Shown here piece by piece: positions 1 to 9,974 of a stretch of 64,000 nucleotides of DNA. The stretch lies in NCBI GenBank assembly GCA_050012475.1, contig JBEKHC010000005.1, forward strand, positions 1 through 64,000, in the 5' to 3' direction. Source of the DNA: Candidatus Velthaea sp. GTDB lineage: Bacteria > Vulcanimicrobiota > Vulcanimicrobiia > Vulcanimicrobiales > Vulcanimicrobiaceae. The first letter of the stretch is position 1, and each line of letters opens with the position of its first letter. The position numbers and the translations under genes are program-made. The notes under the pieces are model-generated. The model was not told the origin of the DNA, ran no database searches, and worked only from the letters and a program-made list of their open reading frames with translations.

Positions 1-102
1 ACCGATATGCTCTACGAGATGATCCCCGCGTACCTGGAGTTCTTCGGTTTCGGCACGACGACTCCCGACGAACTGCGTGCCTTGTCGAAGGTCGCCTACT
101 GA
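1..102 (+). CDS. C-terminal end of a shikimate/quinate dehydrogenase-family protein (5' truncated by window)
   Basis: Frame +1 reads TDMLYEMIPAYLEFFGFGTTTPDELRALSKVAY*, resembling the C-terminus of AroE/YdiB-like enzymes; aroK lies nearby. Not in the ORF track. Confidence 0.65.
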   Translation, partial: TDMLYEMIPAYLEFFGFGTTTPDELRALSKVAY

Positions 103-445
103 TTCGTACGTTGGCCGTAGAACGACGGACGCGGCTGACCGGCCGCACCGCTCGTGCGAACGATGTGCTGCGGCGCTGCTTCTCGCGCGTGCGTCAACGG
201 CTGCTAGACTTCACGCCGAGTTCCGCTGCAAACGTCGAACCCGGCGGGTGAACCGCAACCCGATACGCTTCGGGTCGATTTGCCGCCGGGCAGCGATTAA
301 TTTTCGCTGCTCCGCAGTGCGCATGCGCTCGGATCGAGCACAACGGGTGCGAAGCACTTGCGAACGCGCGCACCGGCATGCACGTAACCCTCCGTCGCAC
401 GCCAAACTCGGTCAACGAAACTACGATAAGGCAGAAGACACAGCC

Positions 446-730
446 ATGCAGATCGGGTACGCCCTTCCCCTGGTGAAGGGCACCAAGGAGGCCCTGGAGC
501 AAGCGGAACCGGTGGCTGCTCTCGGCTACGATTACGTGGAGTTGCCGCTCGCCGGTTTCGGCTACGCCAAGGCGGTGAACCGCCCTGCGATCAAGGTGGT
601 CGTGGAATTCTATCACCTGGGCGAGGAAGGCGAACCGCTGACCGCTATTTCTCGGTTCGGCGAATGGATCGGTGGTTCGGTTGCGAACGGCTCGCGAGCG
701 CGGCGGCGTTCGAGCGGGCTTCAAGTCTGA
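446..730 (+). pseudogene. Internally deleted sugar-phosphate isomerase/epimerase (xylose isomerase-like TIM barrel) remnant
   Basis: N-terminal motif AALGYDYVEL is joined almost directly to the mid-protein motif VNRPAIKVVVEFYHLGEEGEP; 94 aa, far shorter than a full barrel. Confidence 0.6.
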
Positions 731-871
731 AGCGGTATCCGATCGGCCAGGCCGTTCGATTGCTGGCCGCTGAGGGGCCGCCTCGCGGAGGAGCCGAGAC
801 GCACGGCGAATCAGAAGACTGATGGTTGGATACTCATTTTTGAATGGGCGTTTCGCCCTTGCCGAGGCACG

Positions 872-1396
872 ATGAAGGGGCATTTCGCGCTGACCGGTTT
901 CATGGCGGCCGGAAAATCGACGATCGGCAAGCTGCTGGCGCGTGAGCTGGAGCTTCCGTTCGCCGATACCGACACGCTCATCGTCGAGCGGCACGGGCCG
1001 ATCGAGGGCATTTTCGCGCGGGTCGGGGCCGAGACGTTTCGTCATTACGAGTTCGAGGCGCTGCAGGAAGTGCTCGCGGGGCCGCGCGCGGTCATCGCCT
1101 TGGGCGGCGGTTCGCTGACCTACGAGCCGACGCGCATGCTGATCGCGGAGCGCGCGGTGCGCATCTTTCTCGACGTGCCCGTCGAGTCGCTGGTCACCCG
1201 GCTGCGCAACTCGCACACGATCCGCCCGGTGCTTGGTCCGCACCCGACGGTGGAACGCGTGCGCGAGCTGCTCGCCTTGCGTGAGCCGGTGTATCGCCAG
1301 GCGGAACTCACGGTCCGCGGTGCGCGCCGTTCGCGCCGCGCGCTCGCGCGCGAGATCGCCGACCAGGTCAGGGCACTCGAACTCGTGTCGGCGTGA
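872..1396 (+). CDS. aroK: Shikimate kinase
   Basis: Walker A GFMAAGKSTIG, DTD, FRHYE, VIALGGG and RP lid motifs; 174 aa. Confidence 0.95.
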   Translation: MKGHFALTGFMAAGKSTIGKLLARELELPFADTDTLIVERHGPIEGIFARVGAETFRHYEFEALQEVLAGPRAVIALGGGSLTYEPTRMLIAERAVRIFLDVPVESLVTRLRNSHTIRPVLGPHPTVERVRELLALREPVYRQAELTVRGARRSRRALAREIADQVRALELVSA

Positions 1397-1434
1397 CGAC
1401 GCATGGAGCCGCGTTCGGTTCGTAGCGCCAGGCG

Positions 1435-3678
1435 ATGAGCCGCGCGCTCGCGCCGCTGCACGGCGGGCTGCTGCGCCGAGCGTTTCAAAACGCGCTCGTT
1501 TTCGATCGCAAGCGAGCCGACCTGGGCTTCGCGTTGCGCTGCAGCATGGGCGTCGCGATTCCCCTCATCGGGGCGCTCGCCGCCGGCCATCCCTCGCTGG
1601 GCGTCCCCGGCGCCATGGGCGCGATGAGCGTGGGCTTCACCTCGAAGCAGGGCCTCTATCGCACGCGTGCCGCCGTCATGCTGGTGACCGCGACCGCAAT
1701 GGCGCTGGCGACCTGCGTCGGCGCGGGCGCGGGGAAGTCGACGGTCGCGCTAGTCCTCTTAATGGCCCTCTTCAGCTACGGCTACGGCGTTATTTCAGCC
1801 CTCGGCCCGTCGGCTTCATCGGCGGGCCTCAACGCCATCGTGGCACTGATCATTTTCAGCGGTCAGGCTGCCCAGCCCATGACGGCCGCTGCGTTGCCGG
1901 CGGGGTTCCCGCCGATGGCGGTGCTGCAGCCGCTGCTCGTCTTCGCCGGCGGTCTGGTCCAGACGGTGCTGCTCGTTTTCGTCTGGCCGCTGAGCGGATA
2001 TTCGGCCGAACGGCGGGCGTTGGCGGCCGTCTATCGCGGCCTGGGGGCCTACGGCCGCACGGTTGCTCAGGGAATTGTGGAGATGCCGGACGCGCAGAAG
2101 ATCGCCGCTGCGCGCAAAGCTCTGGCCGACCCGCAACCATTCGCCCGGCGCGGAGACATCGCAGCGTTTCAGTCGCTGCTCGATTGCGCGGAGCGGATAC
2201 GCGCCAGTTTAGCGATCATTGCAAGCGAGCGTGCGGTGGCGGTGGGCGAGAAGGACGAATCGACGCTCGCGGCGCTCAGCGAGGTTGCCGGGGCGACCGC
2301 GAAACTGGCCGACGAAATCGCCGACGCCTTGAGCGCGGCGCGAGCGCCTGAAGCGCAGGTCGACGATTGGCGCCGTGCGGACATTGCGTCCGAGCGCGCG
2401 GAGGGCCTTACGGGGCGTTTCGCGGCGCACGTCGGCGATGAAGCGCGCGGGCTCTTCGGCCAGCTGCGCTCGGCCTGGCGAATTGCGGGTTATCCGGCCG
2501 GCGGCGGGACTGCGGTCCCCGGAGAACGGAGCGACTTCGGCGCGCCGGGCGCGGCCGCCGAGCCTCCGCCGGCGTTCGCGCAGTTTCACGACGCGATGCA
2601 TACGCTGCGCGCGAGTCTCCCGCTCAGCTCACCGTTCGGGCGGCACGCGCTGCGGCTGGCGGTTACCCTCGCACTGGCGACGGCGATCTACCGTGGTTTC
2701 GCGATCGATCGCGGGTACTGGATGACGCTGACCGCCCTGATCGTGCTCAAACCGGATTTCACGACGTCGTTCGTGCGCGGACTGCTGCGCATCATCGGAA
2801 CGCTGATCGGCGCGCTGTTGGCGAGCGGGCTTTCCGTCGGCATCGCGCACGGGCCGCGCGCCGATGTCGCCTTCGCGATTCTCTTCGCACTCCTGGGCTA
2901 TTGGCTCATCGATGTCAACTGGGGCCTGTTAGGTATCACCGTCACCGCCTACATCGTCTTTCTCTTTTCGCTGCTCGGCTTGCCGGACCACGCGGCAATC
3001 GCGGATCGCGTGCTCGCGACATTGTACGGCGGAGGTCTCGCTGTGCTGGCGATGTTCGTGTGGCCCACCTGGGAAGGCAAACGCGCCGGCGAACAAATTG
3101 CCGAGTTGATCGATGCGCTGCGGCGCTACGCAATGCTCGTCTTGGGCGCGTACGCGGAGCCCGCGACATTCGAGCCCGCCCAGATTCGGCAGGCGCAGGC
3201 CGCCGCCTGGACCGCGCGTCTGGAGGCCGAGACATCGGTCGACCGCGCGGTCGGGGAGCCGCCGCAAACGCACGTGCTGCCGCGCAAATCGCTGCTCGGT
3301 ATTTTGGCTGCGACGCGAAGGATCGGCTTCACCGTCGGCCTGCTCGCGCTCAACGCTCGATTACAGCATGCGGCGCCTCACCCGCGGCCGGCACTGGGTA
3401 CGTTCTTGGATTCGCTTTCGGCCGCGTTCGAACGGGTTGCCGCAAGCATTCGCGAAGGTCGTGTGCCGCAAAAACTACCGCCCTTGCGGCGCGAGTTCGA
3501 GGCCATGCGCCGCGAAATCGAGTTGCGCGACGACCGCGAAGCTCCGCTGGTTCTCGCCGAATGCGATTTTCTCGTCGACGCACTCAACACGGCCGCGCAG
3601 CTCGCCGCCGAAGGCGCCGCGGCGATCGAAAACGGCAGCCCGCCGCCGCAAGGCTCGCCCGCGAAAGATCGCGTGTAA
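1435..3678 (+). CDS. FUSC family (YccS/YhfK-like) membrane transporter
   Basis: Two hydrophobic blocks; RHALRLAV, RGYWMTLTALIVLKPDF, RIIGTLIG motifs. Confidence 0.9.
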   Translation: MSRALAPLHGGLLRRAFQNALVFDRKRADLGFALRCSMGVAIPLIGALAAGHPSLGVPGAMGAMSVGFTSKQGLYRTRAAVMLVTATAMALATCVGAGAGKSTVALVLLMALFSYGYGVISALGPSASSAGLNAIVALIIFSGQAAQPMTAAALPAGFPPMAVLQPLLVFAGGLVQTVLLVFVWPLSGYSAERRALAAVYRGLGAYGRTVAQGIVEMPDAQKIAAARKALADPQPFARRGDIAAFQSLLDCAERIRASLAIIASERAVAVGEKDESTLAALSEVAGATAKLADEIADALSAARAPEAQVDDWRRADIASERAEGLTGRFAAHVGDEARGLFGQLRSAWRIAGYPAGGGTAVPGERSDFGAPGAAAEPPPAFAQFHDAMHTLRASLPLSSPFGRHALRLAVTLALATAIYRGFAIDRGYWMTLTALIVLKPDFTTSFVRGLLRIIGTLIGALLASGLSVGIAHGPRADVAFAILFALLGYWLIDVNWGLLGITVTAYIVFLFSLLGLPDHAAIADRVLATLYGGGLAVLAMFVWPTWEGKRAGEQIAELIDALRRYAMLVLGAYAEPATFEPAQIRQAQAAAWTARLEAETSVDRAVGEPPQTHVLPRKSLLGILAATRRIGFTVGLLALNARLQHAAPHPRPALGTFLDSLSAAFERVAASIREGRVPQKLPPLRREFEAMRREIELRDDREAPLVLAECDFLVDALNTAAQLAAEGAAAIENGSPPPQGSPAKDRV

Positions 3679-3911
3679 TTCCAAGCGCACCTCCGAGTTG
3701 CATCGTTTGCGTTCTCGCCGCCAGACCTCGGCACGACGAACCGATGGCGGCTCCGACGCCCGAACGTAATTGCGCGGACGTCGGCCCGCCGCGAGCGGCG
3801 GCCTGAATCGTTACCGGACGGCGAAGGGCTTTATCTGCTACGTAAGAATTTGGATCGGTTCACCCATTCACTGTCGAACATTCACGCCCGAAGCGAGCGA
3901 CTGAGGAAGCT

Positions 3912-5420
3912 ATGTTGAAAATCGACGAGTCCGTGTCCCCCGCGCAGAAACTTTGGGAGCCCTTTGGCGCTCCGATCGTGACCGCGGACGACTACATTGC
4001 ATCGCTGCGGGGTCGCGGGCTCAGGGTGTTCTTCATGGGCGAGCCTGTCGCCGAGCCCGTCGATAATCCCGTTATTTGGCCGTCCATCAACGCGATGGCG
4101 GAGACGTATCGGCTGGCCACGGAACGACCGGAACTGGCCGCTGCACGGCGCGAAGACGGCAAGCTGGTCAATCGTTTTCTCCATATCCCGACGAGCCCCG
4201 CTGACCTGCTCGCCAAACACGATATGCAGCGCGAATTGGGCCGCCGCACCGGGACCTGTTTTCAGCGTTGCGTTGGTATGGACGCGATCGCGACGCTGCA
4301 CTCGGTCACCTTTGAGATGGACGCAAAATTCGGAACCGCGTACGCGCGACGTTTCCGCGCTTTTCTCGAGCGCGCGCAAGACGCGAACATCATCATCGGC
4401 GGAGCGATGACCGATCCGAAAGGCGATCGCTCGAAACCCCCGCATCAACAGACCGATCCCGATCAGTTCCTGCACGTCGTCCGCCGCGACGAGAACGGCA
4501 TCTACGTGTCGGGAGCCAAAATGCACCAGACGGGTGCGGTGAACTCGCACTGGATGATCTTCATGCCGACGATGCGGCTGGGCGAAGGGGATCGGGACTG
4601 GGCGATCATCGGCGCGCTTCCGGTGACGGCGCCTGGCGTGACGTACATCATGGGCCGGCAAACCAACGACATGCGCATCGTCGACGGCGGCGTGCTTGAC
4701 GCGGGGAACGCGCAGTTCGCCGGTCAGGAGGCGCTCGTCGTGTTCGAGAACGTCTTCGTCCCGAACGAGCACATCTTCATGGACGGCGAGATCGGGTTCG
4801 CATCGACCGTCGTCGAGCGCTTCACGACGTACCACCGGTCGTCGTATGCCTGCAAGACCGGGCTCGGCGACGTCATGATCGGGGCCGCCGCGGCGGCCGC
4901 CGAACTCAACGGGCTCGAAAAAGTACGGCACATCCAAGACAAGCTCATCGAGATGACCCATCTCAACGAGACGATGTATTCGAGCTGCGTGGCCGGCGCG
5001 ACGCGCTCGAAAACCGAGGCCTCCGGCGTTCAAATCAACGACGTGATGCTCTCGAACGTGGCCAAGCAAAACGTCACGCGCTTTCCGTACGAGATCGCCC
5101 GGCTGGCGCAAGACATCGCCGGCGGCATCATCGTGACGATGCCCTCGGAAAAAGATCTCGAGCACGACGAGATCGGCCCGCTGGTCCGCAAATACATGCA
5201 GGGTCAGGACGGCGCCGACCCCGTCGACCGGATGCGGGTGATGCGCCTCATCGAAAACATGACGATTGGCCGCAACGCCGTCGGCTACCTGACGGAGAGC
5301 ATGCATGGCGCGGGTTCGCCGCAGGCGCAACGCGTCGAGATCGGCCGGCGCATGGACCTCGAAGGCAAGAAGAACTTAGCCTACCATCTTGCCGGAGTCG
5401 CCGCAAAACCGAAAGTTTAA
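3912..5420 (+). CDS. abfD: 4-hydroxybutyryl-CoA dehydratase / vinylacetyl-CoA isomerase ([4Fe-4S]/FAD)
   Basis: [12 protein letters not shown] (two Cys ligands), YHRSSYACK (His and Cys ligands), [22 protein letters not shown]. Confidence 0.88.
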   Translation: MLKIDESVSPAQKLWEPFGAPIVTADDYIASLRGRGLRVFFMGEPVAEPVDNPVIWPSINAMAETYRLATERPELAAARREDGKLVNRFLHIPTSPADLLAKHDMQRELGRRTGTCFQRCVGMDAIATLHSVTFEMDAKFGTAYARRFRAFLERAQDANIIIGGAMTDPKGDRSKPPHQQTDPDQFLHVVRRDENGIYVSGAKMHQTGAVNSHWMIFMPTMRLGEGDRDWAIIGALPVTAPGVTYIMGRQTNDMRIVDGGVLDAGNAQFAGQEALVVFENVFVPNEHIFMDGEIGFASTVVERFTTYHRSSYACKTGLGDVMIGAAAAAAELNGLEKVRHIQDKLIEMTHLNETMYSSCVAGATRSKTEASGVQINDVMLSNVAKQNVTRFPYEIARLAQDIAGGIIVTMPSEKDLEHDEIGPLVRKYMQGQDGADPVDRMRVMRLIENMTIGRNAVGYLTESMHGAGSPQAQRVEIGRRMDLEGKKNLAYHLAGVAAKPKV

Positions 5421-6655
5421 AAACGTTCGCCGTTCGCGCCGGTCTGCGCGTCGCGGTGGCGCCGGAGTTCGAGCTTGGCCACCGTCGCGCGGTGCACTTC
5501 GTCTGGCCCGTCGGCTAACCGCAGCGAGCGCGCATTTGCCCACAGCGCCGCCAGGCCAGGATCCTCGGCGACGCCCGCGCCGCCGAAGGCCTGGATCGCG
5601 CGATCGATCACCCGCAGCGCCATGTTCGGCGCGACCACTTTGATCATCGCGATGTCCGTGCGCGCCGCTTTGTTGCCGGCGCGGTCCATGAGGTCGGCTG
5701 CGCGATGCGTCAACAGCCGGGCCTGATCGATCTCGATCCGCGAGTCGGCGATCCATTCGCCGATCACGCCTTGTTCGGCCAGCGGCTTGCCGAACGCGAC
5801 CCGCTCGGTGACGCGCTTGCACATGAGTTCCAGCGCGCGTTCCGCGCCCCCGATGAGCCGCATGCAGTGATGAATGCGGCCCGGCCCCAAACGGCCCTGG
5901 GCGATCTCAAACCCGCGGCCCTCGCCCAACAATACGTTCGCGCACGGGACGCGCACGTTGTCGAAGCGCATCTCGGCGTGGCCCTGCGGCGCTTCGTCGT
6001 AGCCGAAAACCGTCAACGCGCGGACGATCGAAACGCCCGGCGTGTCCATCGGCACGAGCACCATCGACTGCGCGAGATGGCGCGCCGCGGCAGGATCGGT
6101 CTTGCCCATGAAAATCAAGATCCGACAGCGCGGATCCGGTGCGCCCGTCGTCCACCATTTGCGTCCGTTGATGACGTAGTCGTCACCGTCCCGTTCGATG
6201 CGCGCCTGGATGTTCGTCGCGTCCGAGGAGGCGACGTCGGGTTCGGTCATGGCGAAGCCGGAGCGAATCTCGCCCCGCAGCAGCGGCTCGAGCCAGCGCT
6301 GCTTTTGTTCGGATGTGCCGTAGCGAACCAGAACCTCCATGTTGCCGGTGTCGGGCGCGCTGCAATTGAAGATCTCGGGTGCGATATACGAGCGGCCCAT
6401 GATTTCGCACAGCGGCGCGTATTCGCGATTCGTCAGGCCCGGGCCGTAGTCGCTGTCCGGCAAGAACAGATTCCACAGCCCGGCGGCACGCGCTTGGGCC
6501 TTCATCTCGTCCATCACCGGCGGGATCGTCCAGCGATCTGCGAACGCGGCGTGCTCTGCCCAGTAGCGGCGTTCGCCCGGTTCGACGACGTCGCGCACGA
6601 ACGCGCGCAGCCGCGACTCTAATTCGATTGCGTGAGGACGAACGTCGGCCGGCAT
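5417..6655 (-). CDS. Acyl-CoA dehydrogenase, ACAD10/11 / LvaC-like subfamily
   Basis: [61 protein letters not shown]. Confidence 0.92.
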   Translation of the reverse strand: MPADVRPHAIELESRLRAFVRDVVEPGERRYWAEHAAFADRWTIPPVMDEMKAQARAAGLWNLFLPDSDYGPGLTNREYAPLCEIMGRSYIAPEIFNCSAPDTGNMEVLVRYGTSEQKQRWLEPLLRGEIRSGFAMTEPDVASSDATNIQARIERDGDDYVINGRKWWTTGAPDPRCRILIFMGKTDPAAARHLAQSMVLVPMDTPGVSIVRALTVFGYDEAPQGHAEMRFDNVRVPCANVLLGEGRGFEIAQGRLGPGRIHHCMRLIGGAERALELMCKRVTERVAFGKPLAEQGVIGEWIADSRIEIDQARLLTHRAADLMDRAGNKAARTDIAMIKVVAPNMALRVIDRAIQAFGGAGVAEDPGLAALWANARSLRLADGPDEVHRATVAKLELRRHRDAQTGANGERF

Positions 6656-6800
6656 CGGTTCGCTTTTCGGCGGGAGACCGGGCCAAACATGCGCCCCTCG
6701 TTACGCGTGCGCGATCCTCTCGTTGGCGGAGGATCGGCCGTGCGCCACGCGAAGCCGTCGACCCATCGCCGGTTTCCGGCCGCTCGGAGGTTCGCGCGCG

Positions 6801-7610
6801 TTGCCGTTCGTCGCTCTTGATGATCTCAACGTCTTCTACGATTTGAGCGGTCCCGAAAACGCTCCGATCGCAATGCTTGCGAACTCGTTGGGAACGAACG
6901 TCCATATGTGGGACGCGCAGATCGCGGGATTGTCGGCAACGCATCGTATCTTGCGCTTCGACATGCGCGGACACGGACTGACGGAAGCCGGTTCGCGTTC
7001 GGCGCCGTCGATCGCGGATTTCGCCGATGACGCCGCGCACTTGCTCGATGCGTTGGGGCTGCGCTCCGTTTCGTTCGTCGGCGTGTCGGTGGGCGGGATG
7101 ATCGGGCAGCGTTTCGCGGCGGCTTATCCCGAGCGCGTCGAGGCCCTGGTGCTCTGTTCGACCGCGAGCCGGATCGGGACCGCCGAGACGTGGGCCGCAC
7201 GCATCGACGCGGTGCAACAGGGCGGCATGCGAGCGATCGTCGCAGCGGTGCTCGAGCGCTGGTTCACGCCGCGCGCACACGCCGGAAATCCCGTGTTGGT
7301 CAAGGGTTTCGGGACGATGATCGAACGCACGCCGGCGGCAAGTTACCTCGCGGCTTGCCGCGCGATTCGCGATGCCGATTTGCGGGCGGACGACGCGAAG
7401 GTGCGCTGTCCGACGCTGGTGATCGTCGGAGCCGAAGATGCAACGACCACGCCCGCGATGGCCGGCGAAATGTGCGCGGCGATTGCCGGCGCGCGGCTCG
7501 AAGTCGTCGAGGCGTGCGCGCACCTGCTGTGCGCCGAGGCGCCGGCGGCGTTCGACGCCGTGCTGCTGCCGTTTTTGCGCGAGCACGCACGCAGGCTTCG
7601 GGCAGGCTGA
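6801..7610 (+). CDS. pcaD: 3-oxoadipate enol-lactonase-like alpha/beta hydrolase (candidate lactonase)
   Basis: NSLGT..MWD.Q, RFDMRGHG, nucleophile GVSVGG, ERWFT, AHL. TTG start at 6801 follows GGAGG; stop overlaps the next ATG. Confidence 0.8.
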   Translation: MPFVALDDLNVFYDLSGPENAPIAMLANSLGTNVHMWDAQIAGLSATHRILRFDMRGHGLTEAGSRSAPSIADFADDAAHLLDALGLRSVSFVGVSVGGMIGQRFAAAYPERVEALVLCSTASRIGTAETWAARIDAVQQGGMRAIVAAVLERWFTPRAHAGNPVLVKGFGTMIERTPAASYLAACRAIRDADLRADDAKVRCPTLVIVGAEDATTTPAMAGEMCAAIAGARLEVVEACAHLLCAEAPAAFDAVLLPFLREHARRLRAG

Positions 7611-9193
7611 TGGCCGCCCACGATCGCGGGCCCGGTTACGTTCCGCTCGAGCCGACGGCATTTTTGCGCCGCTCGGCGCGCGTCTTCGGCGATCGCGTCG
7701 CCGTGATCGATGACGACGCGCGGTTCACGTATGCGCAATTTTCCGAACGGGTCAACCGGATCGCCGGCACGTTGATCGACCTCGGCATTCGCCCGGGTGA
7801 CCGCGTCGCGGTCCTCGCGCCAAACACCCACGTTATGCTGGCGCTGCATTACGCGCTTCCGCTCGCCGGCGCGGTCATCGTCGCGCTCAACACGCGGCTT
7901 TCGGCGGGCGAGCTGGCCGCGATCGTCAACCATGCCGGCGCCGATCTGCTCGTGTACGATTACGAGCTCGAAGCGGTCGCACGCGAACTCATCGGTCTCG
8001 GCGGCCGCTCGATGCGCGGCATTCGCTGCGGCGACGCGTCCAGCGAGTTCGAGCAGCTGGTTGCGGCGGGATCCGCGAAAGGACAGCCGCCGCACGACGA
8101 GATGGGCATGATCGCGCTCAATTACACGAGCGGGACGACCGGGAAGCCCAAAGGGGTCATGTACAGTCATCGCGGCGCGTATCTGCAAGCGTTGGCGATG
8201 GCCTTTCACACGCAGCTCGATTCGGGTTCGGTGTATTTGTGGACGCTGCCGATGTTCCACTGCAGCGGATGGTGCTTCACCTGGGCCGTGACCGCGGCTG
8301 GAGCAACGCATCGCTGCCTTCGCAAGCCCGATGCGGCGCTCATTTGGCACCATCTGCGGGAGTCGGAGATTTCCCATCTGTGCGCCGCGCCCACGGTGCT
8401 GGTCATGCTCGCCAACCACGAAGCGGCGAAGGCCGGGAAGCCCGCTCGGCCGGTCCGGATTTATACCGGCGGCGCTCCGCCCAGCCCAGCTTTGCTGCAG
8501 CGCACCGCCGAGCTCGAGATCGACGTGTTTCATCTCTACGGTTTGACCGAAACCTATGGCCCGGCCGTCATCTGCGAGTGGCGCGCGGAATGGAATGCGC
8601 TATCGATCCCCGCTCAGGCCGAACTCAAGGCGCGTCAGGGCGTGGGCAATATTGTGACGCAAGAAGCGCGCGTCGTCGACTTCGACGGGCGCGACATTTC
8701 CGCTGACGGCGTCGCTCAGGGTGAGATCGCGCTGCGCGGCAACAACGTGATGCTCGGGTATTATCGCGACCCGGAGGCGACGGCGGCTGCGGTTCCCGAC
8801 GGCTGGTTTCGTACCGGCGACATCGGTGTCATGCACCCCGACCGCTACATTCAAATCACCGATCGTTCGAAGGACGTCATCATCTCCGGCGGTGAAAACA
8901 TTGCGTCGATCGAGATCGAGCAGATGCTCGAACGGCATCCGGACGTGCTGGAAGTTGCCGTCGTCGCCGGTCCGGACCCGACCTGGGGCGAGGTTCCGAT
9001 TGCGTTCGTCACCTTGCGGCCGGGGGCTTCGGCCGACGAGGCGATGCTCGTCGCCTACGCGCGCGAACACATTGCGCGCTTTAAAGCGCCCAAGCGCGTC
9101 ATCTTCGGAGACCTTCCCAAAACCGGGACGGGCAAGATTCAGAAATTTGCTTTGCGCGACCGCGCCAAGGCGTTGTTCGGCGCGACGGCGTGA
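7610..9193 (+). CDS. Acyl-CoA synthetase (AMP-forming), LvaE-like
   Basis: NYTSGTTGKPKGV, YLWTLPMFHCSGW, YGLTETYGP, GWFRTGD, DVIISGGENI, PKTGTGKIQK. Confidence 0.92.
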   Translation: MAAHDRGPGYVPLEPTAFLRRSARVFGDRVAVIDDDARFTYAQFSERVNRIAGTLIDLGIRPGDRVAVLAPNTHVMLALHYALPLAGAVIVALNTRLSAGELAAIVNHAGADLLVYDYELEAVARELIGLGGRSMRGIRCGDASSEFEQLVAAGSAKGQPPHDEMGMIALNYTSGTTGKPKGVMYSHRGAYLQALAMAFHTQLDSGSVYLWTLPMFHCSGWCFTWAVTAAGATHRCLRKPDAALIWHHLRESEISHLCAAPTVLVMLANHEAAKAGKPARPVRIYTGGAPPSPALLQRTAELEIDVFHLYGLTETYGPAVICEWRAEWNALSIPAQAELKARQGVGNIVTQEARVVDFDGRDISADGVAQGEIALRGNNVMLGYYRDPEATAAAVPDGWFRTGDIGVMHPDRYIQITDRSKDVIISGGENIASIEIEQMLERHPDVLEVAVVAGPDPTWGEVPIAFVTLRPGASADEAMLVAYAREHIARFKAPKRVIFGDLPKTGTGKIQKFALRDRAKALFGATA

Positions 9194-9206
9194 GCGGGCA
9201 TCCGTA

Positions 9207-9974
9207 GTGTCCGCTTCGCTCGCGATGCGTGGGAAGGTCGCGCTCGTGACGGGTGCTTCGGAGGGCCTGGGGCGGCATTTTGCCCGGACGCTGGCCGATG
9301 CGGGCGCGCGGGTCGTGCTCGGCGCGCGACGAGCCGAGAAGCTTGCCGACGCGGTTGCGGAGATTGCGGCCGGGGGCGGAGACGCGCTGGGCGTCACCAT
9401 CGATGTCACGAGCGACGCCGGCGTCGCGGAGGCCTTTCGCGAAATCGATCGTCGGACGGGCCCCGTCGACGTCGTCGTGAACAACGCCGGCACCACCATC
9501 ACGAAGTCCCTGCTCGACATGAGCGAACGCGAGTGGGACAACGTGCTCGATACGAACCTCAAAGGCGCCTGGCTGGTAACGCGCGAGGCCGCCCGACGGC
9601 TCATCGCGGCCAAGAAGCCGGGAACCATCGTCAACATCACGTCGATTTTGGGCGAACGCGTCGCGGGCAACCTTACGGCGTACACGGCCTCCAAGGCCGC
9701 GTTGACGCAGCTGACCAAAGCTTCGGCGCTCGAACTCGCGCGTCACGGAATTCGCGTCAACGCGTTAGCGCCCGGCTACATCCACTCGAGCCTCAACGAC
9801 GATTTCTTCGCCTCGCCCGCCGGCGAAGCGCTCATCAAGCGCATCCCGCAGCGCCGGCTCGGAACGTTAAGCGATCTCGACGCCCCGCTGCTGCTGTTGG
9901 CCTCGGACGCTTCACCGTTCCTCACCGGTGCTGTTTTGGCGGTGGACGGAGGCCATTTGGTGAGCTCGCTGTGA
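9207..9974 (+). CDS. Short-chain dehydrogenase/reductase, LvaD-like
   Basis: TGASEGLG, NNAG, YTASK, VNALAPGY; start could alternatively be 9225. Confidence 0.9.
   Translation: MSASLAMRGKVALVTGASEGLGRHFARTLADAGARVVLGARRAEKLADAVAEIAAGGGDALGVTIDVTSDAGVAEAFREIDRRTGPVDVVVNNAGTTITKSLLDMSEREWDNVLDTNLKGAWLVTREAARRLIAAKKPGTIVNITSILGERVAGNLTAYTASKAALTQLTKASALELARHGIRVNALAPGYIHSSLNDDFFASPAGEALIKRIPQRRLGTLSDLDAPLLLLASDASPFLTGAVLAVDGGHLVSSL

Noticed and set aside
3912..5420. Calling this 4-hydroxyphenylacetate 3-monooxygenase (HpaB), or evidence of a 3HP/4HB or DC/4HB carbon fixation cycle
   Set aside because: The Fe-S ligand motifs indicate AbfD rather than HpaB. No carboxylase or other cycle-specific genes are nearby, and the context is catabolic/PHA.
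6656..6800. Sigma-54 promoter, expected by analogy with the P. putida lva operon
   Set aside because: I found no correctly spaced GG-N10-GC motif on either strand, and there is no sigma-54 activator gene in the window.
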